Source: a virus (Duplodnaviria; Caudoviricetes). From it: a stretch of DNA of 26,607 bases. Of the stretch, positions 6,609-15,151 are shown one piece after another. Location: positions 1 to 26,607 of IMG/VR virus record IMGVR_UViG_3300042997_001508; one strand, given 5' to 3'. Under the pieces are notes generated by a model. It searched no databases and had not been told where the DNA came from. It worked only from the letters and a program-made list of their open reading frames with translations. The position numbers and the translations under genes are program-made. Every line of letters begins with the position of its first letter. Within the stretch, counting starts at the first letter, position 1.

Positions 6609-6968
6609 ATGTCCAAGGCTCCTGCGAAGAAGACCACGACCGAAACGAAGTCCAGCGTGATCAAGGGTGACGCCAGCCTGGCCGAATTCGCGCCGGGTCG
6701 CTGGGCCGTTATCCTCAAGGACGAGGTGATCGACATCAAGCAGATGGCGCCGGGCTCCAAGCCCAAGCTGTTTGGCCTCGAAGACAGCGAACACGCCAGC
6801 GACTATTCCATCGAGCAGGTGCCCGAGACCGTCATCATCGGCATGGTCCGTGGCGGCAAGTTCGAGAGCGCCGACGGCTTCGGCTGGAAGTCGGCCGAGG
6901 ACAAGGCCGCTCGTGGATCGCCGATCGGCTCCGGTGCCGTCAGTCTCGCAGACGTCGGCGCATCGTAA
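6609..6968 (+). CDS. 119-aa uncharacterised late protein (paralog A)
   Basis: GAGG RBS, ATG 6609, strongly C/G-ending codons; shares a domain with 23849-24250. Confidence 0.85.
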   Translation: MSKAPAKKTTTETKSSVIKGDASLAEFAPGRWAVILKDEVIDIKQMAPGSKPKLFGLEDSEHASDYSIEQVPETVIIGMVRGGKFESADGFGWKSAEDKAARGSPIGSGAVSLADVGAS

Positions 6969-7098
6969 TCTGGGGCGCTTCCTCCCGCGGCGCATACCGG
7001 CACGGCGGGCAACATGGCTGGGATCGTAGCTCAGAACTGCGCGCTGCCCCACATGGCTTTCATAGGCGCGTAATCTCGGCAAGCCGGACGAATTTGTG

Positions 7099-7683
7099 AT
7101 GCCAGTACTTGAGAACCCTCGCCATGAACGCTTTGTTCAAGCCCTTGCGGCGGGGAAATCAGCGACTGACGCCTATGTGCTCGCCGGGTATAGCGACAAC
7201 CGCCACAATGCGGCTGCGCTCGCTCGGGAAGAACACATTTCAACACGGCTTCAGGAGCTTCTGGCCAAGGCCGCGGAGCGCGCTGAGATCACCGCAGAGA
7301 TGGTTCTGCGGGAGCTCGCCAAGATCGGCTTCGCCAATATGGCGGACTATATGCGCGCCGGCCCCGAGGGCGACCCGTACCTGGATTTCAGTTCTCTGAC
7401 ACGGGACCAAGCGGCAGCGCTCCAGGAGGTCACGGTCGAGGATTTCAAGGATGGGCGGGGCGAGGAAGCCCGGGACGTCCGGCGCGTGAAGTTTAAGCTT
7501 TCCGACAAGCGCGCGGCGCTGGTGGATATCGGGAAGCATCTTGGCATGTTCATCGATCGTTCCGAGGTCGGCAAGCCCGGCGAGTTCGAGGCCCTTACAG
7601 TCGAGCAGAAGCGTGAGCGTGTCATTGGGATCGCAAAACAGTTGGGCCTCGATCGCATCGGGCCTACCGCCGGATCAGCTTGA
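7099..7683 (+). CDS. terS: Terminase small subunit
   Basis: ERFVQALAAGKSATDAYVLAGYS HTH, EITAEMVLRELAKIGF, KLSDKRAALVDIGKHLGMF. Confidence 0.92.
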   Translation: MPVLENPRHERFVQALAAGKSATDAYVLAGYSDNRHNAAALAREEHISTRLQELLAKAAERAEITAEMVLRELAKIGFANMADYMRAGPEGDPYLDFSSLTRDQAAALQEVTVEDFKDGRGEEARDVRRVKFKLSDKRAALVDIGKHLGMFIDRSEVGKPGEFEALTVEQKRERVIGIAKQLGLDRIGPTAGSA

Positions 7684-9064
7684 CGAGATTCTGAGACAGC
7701 TCGAAGAGCTTCAATATACGCGGCTGGCGCTCTATCAGCCGTACGAGAAGCAGAAAGCGTTTCATGCTGCGGGAGTGAGCTTCCGCGAGCGCTTGCTAAG
7801 GGCGGGAAATCAGAACGGCAAGACCTTCTGTGGCGGTTGTGAAGGCGCTTATCATCTGACGGGGGATTACCCGTCCTGGTGGACGGGTCGACGCTTTGAC
7901 GTCCCGATCATGATGTGGGCGGCTGGCGTGACCGGTGAGACCACTCGCGACAACGTCCAGCGCGTTCTTCTTGGTCCGTTGGGGGAGCTTGGCGCCGGGT
8001 CTGTCCCAAAGGATAGGATCGTCGATACTGCGCCAGCGCGTGGCATTGCCGATCTTTTGGACTACGCAAAAATCCGCCATGTGTCTGGTGGCCTATCGAC
8101 CCTTCGCTTTAAGTATTACGAGCAGGGCCGGCAGAAGTGGCAAGGGCCTCCGGTTCATGTCGTATGGTACGACGAAGAGCCCCCGGCTGATATCTATGAC
8201 GAAGGGCTAGCGCGAACCATCGCGACCCACGGCATGGCCTACATGACATTCACGCCCTTGCTGGGCATGTCTGACGTCGTGAGGCGCTTCTTGACCGAGA
8301 ATAGCCCAGACCGCCACGATACGAATATGACTATTGATGATGCGTTGCATATCCCCGCGGAGGAGCGGGCGCGCATCATCGCCAGCTTCCCGGCGCACGA
8401 GCGCGAGGCTCGCTCGAAAGGAACCCCGGTTCTCGGGTCGGGCCGCATCTTCCCGGTGGAGGAGAGCCTGATCACCATCGATCCCTTCCAGCTTCCGCCG
8501 TACTGGCCGCAGCTCGGGGCGATGGACTTCGGTTGGGATCACCCGTTTGCTGCCGTCAAAGGCGCATTCGATCCGGACACGGACACGATCTACATCACGA
8601 ATGCTTATCGTGCGCGGCAGGAGACGCCGATCATGCACGCTGCGGCGCTCAAGCCGTGGGGCAAATGGATTCCGTGGGCATGGCCGCATGACGGCCTGCA
8701 GCACGACAAGGGCTCAGGCGACCAGCTTGCGAAGCAATACGAGGACCACGGGCTCAACATGATGGGCCAGCGGGCGACATTCTCGGATGGCTCGAACGGC
8801 GTCGAGGCCGGGTTGATGGAAATGCTGGACCGGATGCAGACCGGCCGGATCAAGGTGTTTCGACACCTGAATGAGTGGTTCGAGGAATTCCGCCTGTATC
8901 ACCGCAAAGAGGGCAAGGTGGTGAAGGAGGCGGACGATCTCATGGCCGCGACGCGTTACCTGGTGATGATGATCCGCAATGCGCTGCTGCCGCCAGAGCT
9001 TCGCGCTGAGAACCGGCGCAAGCGTGAGCGTCAGCAAGCGGGCGATCCGCTGGCGGGGTTCTGA
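7613..9064 (+). CDS. terL: Terminase large subunit, P22 gp2-like (headful type)
   Basis: Walker A RAGNQNGKT, Walker B VWYDEEPP, TFTPLLGMS, nuclease DFGWDHP and DDLMAATRY. Start uncertain (GTG 7613 or 7619). Confidence 0.95.
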   Translation: MSVSLGSQNSWASIASGLPPDQLDEILRQLEELQYTRLALYQPYEKQKAFHAAGVSFRERLLRAGNQNGKTFCGGCEGAYHLTGDYPSWWTGRRFDVPIMMWAAGVTGETTRDNVQRVLLGPLGELGAGSVPKDRIVDTAPARGIADLLDYAKIRHVSGGLSTLRFKYYEQGRQKWQGPPVHVVWYDEEPPADIYDEGLARTIATHGMAYMTFTPLLGMSDVVRRFLTENSPDRHDTNMTIDDALHIPAEERARIIASFPAHEREARSKGTPVLGSGRIFPVEESLITIDPFQLPPYWPQLGAMDFGWDHPFAAVKGAFDPDTDTIYITNAYRARQETPIMHAAALKPWGKWIPWAWPHDGLQHDKGSGDQLAKQYEDHGLNMMGQRATFSDGSNGVEAGLMEMLDRMQTGRIKVFRHLNEWFEEFRLYHRKEGKVVKEADDLMAATRYLVMMIRNALLPPELRAENRRKRERQQAGDPLAGF

Positions 9065-9231
9065 TGAACGAAAAGCTGCGCTGCCGCGTCTGTGGAACGG
9101 ATTATTCCTACACCGACGCGAAGTTTATCCACTGCGATGTGTGCGAAGACGACGTCAGCACCATCGATATGAAGGTCATTCTGCCCGAGGCGCGGACCAA
9201 TGAGCAGGCTGATCCGCTCGAGGGTATGTGA
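9064..9231 (+). CDS. 55-aa zinc-ribbon protein
   Basis: MNEKLRCRVCGTDYSYTDAKFIHCDVCEDD...: CxxC-x13-CxxC; TGATG overlap with terL. Not in ORF track. Confidence 0.65.
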   Translation: MNEKLRCRVCGTDYSYTDAKFIHCDVCEDDVSTIDMKVILPEARTNEQADPLEGM

Positions 9232-9712
9232 GGTCAAGGCCGCCAACCTGCGCGATCTGAGCTATGTGGCTGCGCACATGCGCGCCGCGGACCGCGCGGA
9301 GGTGGAATGCCAGATGGACGAATGGTCGGCGACCGTCGTCGCGGCGGTGTCGCTGCGGGATTTCGCCTTCACCGTCGATCTGAATGGAAACCCTGAAGCG
9401 GCGTTCGGCGCCGGACAGGTTCGACAAGGCTACTGGCTGGCATGGTCATGGGGCACGCATCGCCTCATGCGCTGCCTGCCGACAATGATCCAGTTCATCA
9501 CTGAGCAGCTTCAGCCAGCCGTCTACGCGGCCGGCGCGCTTCGGGTCGAGGCGAGGGCGCTAAAGTCACACACGCAAGCGTGCGCCTTCCTGCGCCGCAT
9601 TGGCGGCCATCATCGCTGCGACCTGCCGGCATACGGCAAGGGCGGCGAGGACTTCGTTTTATTCGATTGGACACGAGAGACATGGCAAACCAACCGCTCG
9701 GCGCAAGTGTAG
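9200..9712 (+). CDS. T7 gp13/DUF2833-like GNAT-fold protein
   Basis: AHMRAADRAEV, G.P.AAFG, W.WGT, H..A..FLRRIG, F..F.W pattern. Confidence 0.7.
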   Translation: MSRLIRSRVCEVKAANLRDLSYVAAHMRAADRAEVECQMDEWSATVVAAVSLRDFAFTVDLNGNPEAAFGAGQVRQGYWLAWSWGTHRLMRCLPTMIQFITEQLQPAVYAAGALRVEARALKSHTQACAFLRRIGGHHRCDLPAYGKGGEDFVLFDWTRETWQTNRSAQV

Positions 9713-9909
9713 TGTTCGAAAGCAAGCCCAAGGCTCTTTTCGAATTCACCATCAGGAAGGGTAGCCTAACGGGGTGGTGCGTTTACACGCCTGGCCCCGC
9801 ACAGTTTGGACCAACGGCCATGGGTGACGATGCCTTCTTTTCCACAGAGAAGGAAATGCTCGAATGGCTTGCCAAGAAATTGGGTGGCGATGCTGGAGCA
9901 TCTTCCTGA
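9682..9909 (+). CDS. 75-aa hypothetical protein
   Basis: MANQPLGASVVFESKPK...; TGATG coupling to the next gene. Confidence 0.55.
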   Translation: MANQPLGASVVFESKPKALFEFTIRKGSLTGWCVYTPGPAQFGPTAMGDDAFFSTEKEMLEWLAKKLGGDAGASS

Positions 9910-10130
9910 TGTGCCTGTTCTCAGCGCCCCAGATTCCCAAGCCAGCGCCAGCGCCGCGCGTGCCCCAGCCTGACAGCTTCCAGGCTCAGGAGGCCAGCGA
10001 CGAGGCACGCCGCATCGCAGCCGCATCCAACGGCTCCTCCGCCAACATCGTGAGCGACCTGAATTCGAGCGACGTGCAGAGCAATCGCCCTGTGCTGAAC
10101 CCGACCAAGGCCGTGTATCTGGGGCAGTGA
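9909..10130 (+). CDS. Small virion protein preceding portal (T7 gp7.3-like position)
   Basis: MCLFSAPQIPKPAPAP...LGQ: MC start, Pro-rich, LG end, typical of podovirus pre-portal proteins. Confidence 0.7.
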   Translation: MCLFSAPQIPKPAPAPRVPQPDSFQAQEASDEARRIAAASNGSSANIVSDLNSSDVQSNRPVLNPTKAVYLGQ

Positions 10131-11833
10131 TGGAAGACGCGCGCGACATCATCGCACGTCAGAGCCGACTGGAGCAGACCCGCCGGGACTATGAGCCGGT
10201 GTGGCGCGACGTGGCCGAGTATTGCGCACCTGATGCGCCGGAGATCCTGCGCAGTGGTTTTGCGCTGTCCCGGCATGACAACCAGGCAGCCCGCACCGAT
10301 CGCCGCACGCGCCGCGTCTATGATGCGACCGTCCGTCAGGGCCAGCGCCGGCTTTCGGCCGGCCTTGAGAGCCTGATCACGCCGCAGAACGAGAAATGGC
10401 ATGGCCTGACCACGGCTGCCATGGATGACGAGGAAACGGACGAGGAACGGGAGTGGGCTGAGAAGGTCCGCGATTTCCTGTTCTCGATCCGCTATTCGCC
10501 GGGCTCCGGCTATGTGCCGGCGATGCAGTCCTGTTATGCGAACATCGTTCGCTTCGGCCCCGCCTATCTCTATGCCGAGGAAGACTTTAGCGGCCGGTAT
10601 ATCCGCTATCGCTCGTTGCCGGTTGGCGAGGTGTGGATCGCCCGCAATCGCTGGGGTGAGGTCGACACGCTGCACCGCAAGTACAAGCGCAGCGCGCGTG
10701 TGTGCTACCAGCTGTTTGGCGAAAAACTGCCCGCCAAGATCATCGAGATGGCGAAGAAGCCATCGCAGATGGACGAGCAAGTCGAGTTGATCCAGTCGAT
10801 CAGCCCGAACCACGACCGCAAAACATTCCGGCTTGGCACTGACACCATCTTCCTCGATGGTCCGTATCGGTCGGCGCATGTCGTGGTTGACGGCGAGAAG
10901 ATCGTCAAGGAGAAGGATTTCCAGTCGTTCCCGGTTGCCTGCTTCAATTGGGGGCGGGACGACGGTGACGACTACGGCACCAGCCCGATCATCGAGCTGC
11001 TGACCGAGGTCCGTGAGATCAATGCGGTGCGCAAGGGCACGCTGCGCGCCCTGCAGGGCATCACCGATCCTGCGCTGGCCTTGGGCAACAAGGTCGACTG
11101 GCTGCCGCCGCTGGATCCGGGCTCGCGTCATCCCGGCCTGATCAACGATCGGGGCGAGCTGATGGCGCAGCCGATCGTCACCGGCGCCCGGCCTGACTAC
11201 GCGTTCCAGTATATCGAGCAAAGCCGGCAGACGATTCAGGAAGGCCTGTACGTCAACCTGTTCCAGACGCTGGTGTCGAAGCCGAGCAACCAGACTGCGA
11301 CCGAAGCTTTGATCCGGCAGGAGGAGAAGGGCGCACTGCTTGGCCCGGCCGGCTCGTCGATCCAGGGCGGGTTGGCGATGCAGACGGATCGCGAGTTGTC
11401 GATCCTCGAAGTAAAGGGCCTCTACGAGCCCGACAGCCGCTTCGCGCCGCCGGCATCGCTCTCAGGCAAGAGCATCCGCGTGAACTTCACGTCGCCGCTG
11501 GACATCCTGCGCAAGGCTGCCGAGGCGAAGGCTGTGGTTGAGGTCTGGGCGTTCGCTGGTCAGCTGGCTCAGGCCAAGCCGGAAGTGCTGGACAACATGG
11601 ACGCAGACGAAAGCCTGCGCGTGTTTGCCGAAGCCGGCCGCTCGCCGGCGCGCATTCTCAAGCGAAAGGAAGAGGTTGAAGAGGATCGCGCAGCAAAGGC
11701 CAAGGCCGCGACTGCTCAGCAGGGCATGGCTGCCATGGCGGGCGCCGCTCAGATCGCCAAAGACGCTGTGCCGGCAATGGCGCAGGCCGCTGATGCCGGG
11801 CTGATCCCGAACCTTGGAGCGGCGGCGCAGTAA
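10130..11833 (+). CDS. Portal (head-to-tail connector), T7 gp8/BPP-1 type
   Basis: W..VAEYC.P, YDAT......LSAGL.S.ITP...W, YGTSP, TATE...R.EEK...LGP, SPL. Confidence 0.95.
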   Translation: MEDARDIIARQSRLEQTRRDYEPVWRDVAEYCAPDAPEILRSGFALSRHDNQAARTDRRTRRVYDATVRQGQRRLSAGLESLITPQNEKWHGLTTAAMDDEETDEEREWAEKVRDFLFSIRYSPGSGYVPAMQSCYANIVRFGPAYLYAEEDFSGRYIRYRSLPVGEVWIARNRWGEVDTLHRKYKRSARVCYQLFGEKLPAKIIEMAKKPSQMDEQVELIQSISPNHDRKTFRLGTDTIFLDGPYRSAHVVVDGEKIVKEKDFQSFPVACFNWGRDDGDDYGTSPIIELLTEVREINAVRKGTLRALQGITDPALALGNKVDWLPPLDPGSRHPGLINDRGELMAQPIVTGARPDYAFQYIEQSRQTIQEGLYVNLFQTLVSKPSNQTATEALIRQEEKGALLGPAGSSIQGGLAMQTDRELSILEVKGLYEPDSRFAPPASLSGKSIRVNFTSPLDILRKAAEAKAVVEVWAFAGQLAQAKPEVLDNMDADESLRVFAEAGRSPARILKRKEEVEEDRAAKAKAATAQQGMAAMAGAAQIAKDAVPAMAQAADAGLIPNLGAAAQ

Positions 11834-12075
11834 TGTCAGAGGTAGTCACGCTCTACGAGACGAACTTCCGAGACGTCGTTTCTGCTTTGCGGAAGATCGC
11901 TGATGAGATTGAACGCGGCGATTTTGGACATGTTGGATGCGCTTCTGTGGTTGTCCTCGGCGACCGCATGGAGGTCTTTGGAATGGGGCCGGATAGTGAG
12001 GGCCCATCCGTCGGCATGTTGCTACATGCAGGGTTCATGCGCCTCAGCCGCTCAATTGAGGAGCATGGGCATTGA
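11833..12075 (+). CDS. Hypothetical protein
   Basis: TAATG coupling with portal; LRKIADEIERG; codon usage more AT-rich than neighbours. Confidence 0.65.
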   Translation: MSEVVTLYETNFRDVVSALRKIADEIERGDFGHVGCASVVVLGDRMEVFGMGPDSEGPSVGMLLHAGFMRLSRSIEEHGH

Positions 12076-12374
12076 GCGATCAGGACGTAGCCAAGGTTCG
12101 CCTGGCCTATGCGCGGCTGTTCAATGACAACCCGCAGCCGGGCGATGGCAAGACAGTCTTGGCCGATCTCGCGTTGCGCTCCGGCTTCTACGATGTGCCG
12201 TCGATCGCCGCGTGGATGAAGCAAAAGAAGTCGACCGAAGGATACGAAATAAACTGCCATGAATTGAGCGGCAAGCGCGCGCTCTTCAAGGCGATCAAGG
12301 ACTTCGCCAGTCTGACCGAAAGCGAAATGCTCTGGCTTGAGCAAGTCGCCCGGTTGGCACCTGCCGAGGATTAA
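12072..12374 (+). CDS. Bbp19-like small protein
   Basis: YARLF...GKTVLADL...GKRALF..I between portal and scaffold. Confidence 0.7.
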   Translation: MSDQDVAKVRLAYARLFNDNPQPGDGKTVLADLALRSGFYDVPSIAAWMKQKKSTEGYEINCHELSGKRALFKAIKDFASLTESEMLWLEQVARLAPAED

Positions 12375-12395
12375 CCACCCACCAAAGGACAATCT

Positions 12396-13265
12396 ATGAC
12401 AACCGCGGATGACGGGTCCGTGGCGCGTTCCGACGCGTCGGCGGGCACCCCTGACACGCAGCAGCAGGCACCGGGCAACGGATCACCCGACGCCAATGCA
12501 TCGCCATTTGCCGGTCTTCAGGATGAAGGCACCCGGACGTGGATCGAGAAGAAGGGCTACAAATCAGTCGAGGATCTGGCCAAGGCGGCGGTCAATCAGG
12601 AGTCGATCATCGGCTCTTCGTTGCGCGTGCCTGCTCAGGACGCTCCGAAAGAGGAATGGGACAAGTTCTATTCCAAAGCCGGGCGGCCGGATAAGCCGGA
12701 TGCGTATGAGCTGAAGCGGCCGGACGGCTTGCCGGAAGACCTCCCGTATGACGAAGCCCTCGCGGGCAACTTCAAGGGGTGGGCTCACAAGGCCGGCCTG
12801 AACGGATCGCAGGCTCAATCCCTCCACGACGCATTCGCGCACGCCCAGGCCGAACAGGCCAAGGCGCACGTGACTGCGCTCAAGGAGGCCGTCGAAGGTG
12901 CTGCCGATGCGCTCGTGAAAGAATGGGGACCGCAGGATTCCCCGGGCTTCAAGTCCAAGCACGAGATGGCCAACCGGGCGATGAAGAAGCTCGGCCTGGT
13001 CGAGAGTTTCCAGAAGTCGGGCATCATCCTGAAGGATGGCGCGCTGACCGATGCGAACCTCGCAAAGGCGTTCGCTGCCATCGGGGAGAAGATGTTCTCC
13101 GAGGACAGCGTCGACGGTGATGCGTCCACCAGCGGGAAAAACCCGTTCAAGGACGATCAGTTCTCCCTCACTGAAATCGGCCGTCTCGTCAAAAGCGATC
13201 CTGAACAGGCGCGACGACTCGCACGCGAAGCCGGCAAGGACCCGGCTCAGTGGGTCGGCAAATAG
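12396..13265 (+). CDS. Capsid scaffolding protein
   Basis: Disordered N-terminus, KSVEDLAKA, EEW.KFY...GRP..PD.Y, GL...QAQ.L; directly before capsid; AAGGA RBS. Confidence 0.85.
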   Translation: MTTADDGSVARSDASAGTPDTQQQAPGNGSPDANASPFAGLQDEGTRTWIEKKGYKSVEDLAKAAVNQESIIGSSLRVPAQDAPKEEWDKFYSKAGRPDKPDAYELKRPDGLPEDLPYDEALAGNFKGWAHKAGLNGSQAQSLHDAFAHAQAEQAKAHVTALKEAVEGAADALVKEWGPQDSPGFKSKHEMANRAMKKLGLVESFQKSGIILKDGALTDANLAKAFAAIGEKMFSEDSVDGDASTSGKNPFKDDQFSLTEIGRLVKSDPEQARRLAREAGKDPAQWVGK

Positions 13266-13288
13266 CGCTCCCTTAGAGGACCACCACA

Positions 13289-14281
13289 ATGGCAGACGCA
13301 TATACCCGAATTTCGGACGTCGTCGTTCCGGCGCCGTACGCCCGCTATTCGTTCGAGCAGCATGTCGAAAAGCTGGATATCTTCCAGGCCGGTCTGCTGG
13401 CGACCGACGATCAGATCACCGGCAAGTTCAGCGAGGGCGGCAAGCTGCTCGAACTCCCGGGCTGGAAGGATCTGGCGGGCGACGCCTCCGAGCCGGTCAA
13501 CGATGACCCGGCGGATTCGATCGAGACGAAGAAGCTGCAGACCCGCGGCGAAACGGCGCTTCGCCAGTTCCGTGCGCAGGCATGGGCGTGGCCGGACATC
13601 ACCCAGGTGCTTGCCGGCGAAGATCCCGGCAAGGTCATCGCTGATCGCCAGACCGATTACTGGCAGCGTGCGATGAAGAAGGTGGTGCTCGCCACCCTGG
13701 CCGGCGTGCTCGCGGACAACATCGCCAACGACGCTGGCGATATGATCCGCGACACCAACGTCTCGATCACCGACACCGACATGATCGACGCGGCATATCT
13801 GCACGGTGATCAGGCAGACCGCTTCGTCGGCATCGTCATGCACTCGCTGCAGATGAAGGTGCTGAAGAAGGCGGACCTGATCGACTACATGCCGCCGTCG
13901 GAGCAGGGCGGAATGATGATCCCGACTTATCAGGGCCTCCGGGTTCTGGTGGATGACGGCATCACCAAGACCGGCTCCAACGAGTACAACGCCATCATGT
14001 TCAAGCCGGGCGCCGTCGTTTACGACGAAATCCCGGTCACGACCGAAGGCGGCCCGATCGAACTCGATCGCAAGCCGCGTCAGGCGCATGGTGGCGGCGT
14101 CACCGAAATGGTCGCCCGCCGTCAGTTCATCATGCATCCGCGTGGTTTCGACTGGCTGCATGGTTCGGTCGCTGGCGTTTTCCCGACCGACACCGAGCTC
14201 GCCGCTGCGGCCAACTGGAACCGCACCGCGACCTCGATCAAGAACACCGGCTTCGTGTTCCTGCGCACGACCGAGTCCTGA
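13289..14281 (+). CDS. Major capsid protein, SPP1 gp13-like
   Basis: AYTRISDVVVP, LPGWKDLAGD, R.QAW...D....LAG.DP, PTYQGLRVLVDD, FIMHPRG, PTDTELAAAANWNR; GAGGA RBS. Confidence 0.93.
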   Translation: MADAYTRISDVVVPAPYARYSFEQHVEKLDIFQAGLLATDDQITGKFSEGGKLLELPGWKDLAGDASEPVNDDPADSIETKKLQTRGETALRQFRAQAWAWPDITQVLAGEDPGKVIADRQTDYWQRAMKKVVLATLAGVLADNIANDAGDMIRDTNVSITDTDMIDAAYLHGDQADRFVGIVMHSLQMKVLKKADLIDYMPPSEQGGMMIPTYQGLRVLVDDGITKTGSNEYNAIMFKPGAVVYDEIPVTTEGGPIELDRKPRQAHGGGVTEMVARRQFIMHPRGFDWLHGSVAGVFPTDTELAAAANWNRTATSIKNTGFVFLRTTES

Positions 14282-14294
14282 TCTCCCGCAAACT

Positions 14295-14326
14295 TGTGGC
14301 GGCCTCCGGGCCGCCTCATCTTTTTT
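14295..14326 (+). terminator. Intrinsic terminator after capsid gene
   Basis: GGCGGCC-TCCG-GGCCGCC hairpin (14298-14315) followed by TCATCTTTTTT. Confidence 0.75.
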
Positions 14327-14336
14327 GAGGTGATGC

Positions 14337-14549
14337 ATGCCTTACAAACCAACCGGCAATCCTCCCGGCCGGCCACGCAAGAATGCGGCCGCAAAGGTCG
14401 TAGAGCCCGCGAAGCCGCTGACCCGCGCGCGCGCAGGCTTCCGCCGCGCCTTTGCCGATCCTGCCGAGGCTCTGCACCGCCCCCCGCGCTGGCGTGAGAA
14501 GCAGGCTACCCGCCGTCCCATTCTTCATCCGAACGTGATTAAGGGCTGA
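14337..14549 (+). CDS. 70-aa basic protein with AT-hook-like motif
   Basis: PPGRPRK; GAGGTG RBS; TGATG coupling to tail adaptor. Confidence 0.7.
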   Translation: MPYKPTGNPPGRPRKNAAAKVVEPAKPLTRARAGFRRAFADPAEALHRPPRWREKQATRRPILHPNVIKG

Positions 14550-15151
14550 TGGCCGCTGTCACCGTCGAAGACGTCGCCAACATGGCGCTTGGCATTCTCG
14601 TTGAGGCCCCGATCGGGAGTCTGGACGAGGACAACAAGGCCGCGCGTCTTCTCAACCTGCATTACGAAACGACGCGTCAGGCCGAGCTGATCAAGCACGC
14701 TTGGTCGTTTGCGATCTTTCGTTCAGAGCTTGAGGCGATGCCCGAGGCGCTGGCCGGCACGGCGTATCGCTATGCCTATGCGGCGCCTGATGATGCTCTG
14801 CGCATTCTGCCGCTGACCGACACGGGAGAGAACGGCGGCATCGTCATTCCGTGGCGTCAGGAGGGCAACATCCTGCTGATCAATTACGAGGCGCCGCGGC
14901 TGGTCCGCTACATCGGCAACATGACCGATCCCGGCGACTGGAATCCGCTGTTCATCGAGGCGCTGGCGGCCCGGCTGGCAATGAAGATCGCCATGCCGCT
15001 GACCAACAAGCCGACGGTTCTCCAAGGTGCCCAGCGCGTCTATGAGGAAGCGATCAGCGAGGCCCGCCGCATCAATGTCATCGAGAGCGGTTCGCCCGCG
15101 TCCGTGCAGTCCTGGTCGGCTGCGCGCGGCGATTACCGGGACGTCCGATGA
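14549..15151 (+). CDS. Tail tubular protein A / adaptor (T7 gp11-like)
   Basis: V.NMAL..L....I.SLDE, H.WSFA, Y..P.D.LRI, F.EALAARLA. Confidence 0.9.
   Translation: MAAVTVEDVANMALGILVEAPIGSLDEDNKAARLLNLHYETTRQAELIKHAWSFAIFRSELEAMPEALAGTAYRYAYAAPDDALRILPLTDTGENGGIVIPWRQEGNILLINYEAPRLVRYIGNMTDPGDWNPLFIEALAARLAMKIAMPLTNKPTVLQGAQRVYEEAISEARRINVIESGSPASVQSWSAARGDYRDVR

Noticed and set aside
7020-7095. Functional tRNA gene
   Set aside because: No GTTC T-loop and no 3' acceptor strand complementary to GGGATCG.
9986-11221. 411-aa minus-strand ORF (likewise 13247-14338, 12564-13301, 21253-22026 and others)
   Set aside because: Antisense shadows of high-GC, codon-biased structural genes; no motifs or RBS.
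14260-14300. T7 10A/10B-style capsid frameshift
   Set aside because: No slippery sequence before the stop, and a terminator follows immediately.
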